From NCBI RefSeq assembly GCF_028641065.1, contig NC_073416.1, forward strand, positions 6,696,001-6,760,000: a stretch of DNA of 64,000 bases, read 5' to 3'. Origin of the DNA: Leucoraja erinacea. Lineage: Eukaryota. This document shows positions 61,097-64,000 of the stretch, piece by piece. The first letter of the stretch is position 1; every line of letters starts with the position of its first letter. The notes under the pieces were generated by a model. It was not told where the DNA came from, made no database searches, and saw only the letters and a program-made list of their open reading frames with translations. The position numbers and the translations under genes were made by a program.

Positions 61097-61964
61097 CAGG
61101 TGCACAACCTTTTATCCGGTGTTCCGGAAACCGAAAAACTCCGAAAACCGGCCATTTTTTCCAGATGTCGTCTGCGCACCAAAGCTCGCGTTTGGCACCA
61201 AACTTGACCCGAAACGACCCACGGTCAACCCAGGTCTGTATTACTGCAGCGGCTGCCTCCTCCCCAGAGACCGGGGAGACACTTAAACATCTGTAAATCA
61301 CTGCTTGAATGTTAGTCAGTTAGTTTGGAGGGCTTTTATGTGAAGGGGGGGGGGGGGGGGGGTGAAGGGGTAAACTTTAATTCTTAGTCCCCTACCTGGT
61401 CGGAGAGGCGGGGAGCGGTCAATGCCTTACCGGGTCGCCGTGCAGTAAGCTCCGCAGCGCTGTGGCCGGTGGGGCTGCGGGCGTCGCCGGTTGTAGCTCC
61501 GACCCCGGCAACTCTACCCCTGGCTGCGAGGCGCTCCAAATCCAGCGCGGCCCGCGGCTGGACGCCCCAGCTCCGCGAATGTTGGAGCGTCGCTGGATTT
61601 GGAGCCGCGCAGCCAGGGGTAGAGTTGCCGGGGTCGGAGCTCCAACCGGCGCCGCCCGCGGCCGGACGGAGCCCCCAGCTCCGCGAGGTTGGGAGTCGCC
61701 GACCAGGTAGGGGACTAAGAATTAAAGTTTCCCCCTTCACCCCTACACCACCACCACCACATAAAATCCCTCCAAACTAACTGACTAACATTTATGCAAT
61801 GATTCTCCCGGTCTCCGGGGAGGAGGCAGCTGCTCCAGACTTTTCAAGCCGCCCGCGCTACCTACCTAATCTACGCTAAAAATCTTCCATTCGGAAATCC
61901 GAAAATGTCCGAAATCCGACAAGTGTCTGGTCCCAAGGCTTTCGGATAAAAGGTTGTGCACCTG
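61097..61964. mobile_element. Tc1/mariner-superfamily (Tigger/pogo-like) MITE with 22-bp perfect TIRs and TA TSD
   Basis: TA|CAGGTGCACAACCTTTTATCCG ... CGGATAAAAGGTTGTGCACCTG|TA; removing it restores the L1 frame (TKNTSNKISLYADD). Confidence 0.9.
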
Positions 61965-62516
61965 TAATAAAATTTCACTATATGCGGATGATATACTTTT
62001 ATATATTACAAATTCCCAAACGAGCATCCCGAATCTATTAAATCTAATAGAGGAATTTGGTTCTTTCTCCAGTTATAGAATAAACTGGAATAAAAGTGAA
62101 ATTATGCCATTAAAACCCCAGAAAGCGAATCACCTATTAAAATTTCCATTTAAAATTGCAACGGAAAAATTTAAGTATTTGGGTATTCAAGTTACTAGAA
62201 GATATAAATCATTATTTAACGCTAATTTTATACCAATATACACTTTTTTTTTTTTTTTTTAAATTAGACACGAATATTTCTAATTTTATTTGGGATTATA
62301 AAGCACATAGAATTAAAATAAATCACTTGTGCAAACCCAGAGGTGGGGGGATTTGCACTACCTAACTTATTATATTATTATTGGGCAGTGCATATTAAGA
62401 ATATAATTTATTGGTTGGATAGTTCTGCTCAACAGTTGGAATGGATAAGAATGGAGAAAGAGGTTGCTCCCCTTACGATTTAGGAGCGATCATCTTCTCC
62501 CCAATAAAACTGAATA

Positions 62517-62995
62517 ATAGAAACATAGAAAATAGGTGCAGGAGTAGGCCATTCGGCCCTTCGAGCCTGCACCGCCATTCAATATGATCATGGCTGATCA
62601 TCCAACTCAGTATCCTGTACCTGCCTTCTCTCCATACCCCCTGATCCCTTTAGCCACAAGGGCCACATCTAACTCCCTCTTAAATATAGCCAATGAACTG
62701 GCCTCAACTACCTTCTGTGGCAGAGAATTCCAGAGATTCACCACTCTCTGTGTGAAAAATGTTTTCCTCATCTCGATCCTAAAAGATTTCCCCCTTATCC
62801 TTAAACTGTGACCCCTTGTTCTGGACTTCCCCAACATCGGGAACAATCTTCCTGCATCTAGCCTGTCCAACCCCTTAAGAATTTTGTAAGTTTCTATAAG
62901 ATCCCCCCTCAATCTTCTAAATTCTAGCGAGTACAAACCAAGTCTATCCAGTCTTTCTTCATGTGAAAGTCCTGACATCACAGGAATCAGTCTGG
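62517..62995 (-). mobile_element. Young 5'-truncated CR1 LINE nested in L1
   Basis: Open CR1 C-terminus (RLDRLGLYSLEFRRLRGDLIETYKIL) and TTTCTATG tail; near-identical to 19940-20417. Confidence 0.9.
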
Positions 62996-64000
62996 TTATA
63001 TAAGAAGATATGTTATATAAGAAGAATCCAATTATACATAACACAATACGAATCTGGAAACAAATAAAATTAACTTTAAAATTAAGAAACTTATCAGTGC
63101 TAATAGTGAATAACCCAGTATTTAAACCATCTGGTATGGATACAACATATAGACAATGGGAAAGAGTGGGAATTAAAAAGGTAGGTGACTTGTATGAATT
63201 GGGAAATTTATTATCATTCCAACAACTAAAATCAAAATTTAAATTGAATAACAACCAATATTTTAAATATCTACAGGTATGTGATTTTATGAAGAAATAT
63301 ATATACCAAGATTTCAAAGTATAGAATTACCATCAACAGAGGCAACTAAAGAAGACTGGGAAAAAGAATTAATGACAAAAATCTCAAAAGAAACATGGGA
63401 AAAGTATTTGATATATATACACACATAAATGTTCGATCAACGCTAGACATAATTTAATTCAATTTAAAATATTACATAGATTATATTATTCAAAAACTAG
63501 ATTGAATAAATTTTATCCAAATATTTCTCCCATCTGTGATACATGTCTTTCTCAAAATGCCAAGATTACACACTCATTTGTTTCTTGTACAAAACTTTAT
63601 ACATTTTGGTGTGACATATTTGATATATTCTCAAAGTACTTTAAGACAAAAATGGAACCCAATACTGAAATGATTATATTTGGAGTAAGTGGAGATGGGA
63701 ACAAATTAAATACACACCAAAACTCATTTGTCAATTATGGGTTAATAATAGCAAAAAAAACACATACTTAAATTTTGGAAAAATGCTAATATACCAACAT
63801 TTAAAATGTGGATCAGTGATATGTTGGACACAACACATTTGGAAGAAATGAGACTCCTCCTAATAGACAAACAAGACCAATTTTTAATGAGTTGGTCTCC
63901 ATTTATTAATATCTTGGATTCATGTGGTGCCATAGTATCGTGAAAATTAAAAGTTCCAGGTATGGGTGAAAGACGATTCAGAATATAAAAAATTCATCTC

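Larger units (their letters stand above)
60720..64000 (+). mobile_element. L1-clade LINE ORF2 (RT to C-terminus), 5'-truncated, carrying two nested insertions
   Basis: ISLDAEKAFD, RGNRQGCVLSPLLF, SLYADD, FKYLGI; C-terminal part homologous to 7899-9342. Confidence 0.88.

Noticed and set aside
60511-61296. 261-aa ORF as an independent gene
   Set aside because: Chimeric read-through of flanking DNA, L1 RT and the MITE left end
61384-61780. Overlapping GC-rich ORFs on both strands
   Set aside because: Result of stop-poor palindromic MITE sequence; no transposase motifs
62607-63317. 236-aa minus-strand ORF (and 20039-20614) as host genes
   Set aside because: CR1 C-terminus fused by chance to antisense L1 or flanking sequence
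1-64000. CRISPR arrays, operons or prokaryotic defence systems
   Set aside because: Spliceosomal gene structures and vertebrate repeats throughout; no regularly spaced repeat-spacer array seen

Overview
Eukaryotic genomic DNA from a vertebrate, most likely a cartilaginous fish (skate/ray-like, inferred from the CR1, tRNA-derived SINE, Rex/Babar and Penelope repeat content). Three intron-containing genes can be rebuilt by hand, all with GT-AG junctions and consistent phases. (1) A pancreatic elastase-1-like serine protease (+, 8 coding exons, 1152-14940, 260 aa) with a TATA box and a PTF1-type E-box/TC-box element. (2) LETMD1 (+, 9 coding exons, 18525-31238, 357 aa) with a CpG-rich promoter. 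(3) CSRNP2 (-, 4 coding exons, 59181-43340, 564 aa), convergent on LETMD1, probably with a very long 3'UTR. Most of the other ORFs in the track are transposon fragments or noise. The most interesting non-genic signals are: a recurrent short Penelope-derived element carrying a minimal hammerhead-ribozyme-like motif, inserted singly or as inverted dimers with TSDs; an 868-bp Tc1/mariner-type MITE with nested internal palindromes; a 1-kb TAG...CTA TIR element with a 7-bp TSD; several cleanly nested LINE insertions; and an elastase with an atypical S1 pocket. No database searches were possible, so family names rest on recognised motifs.
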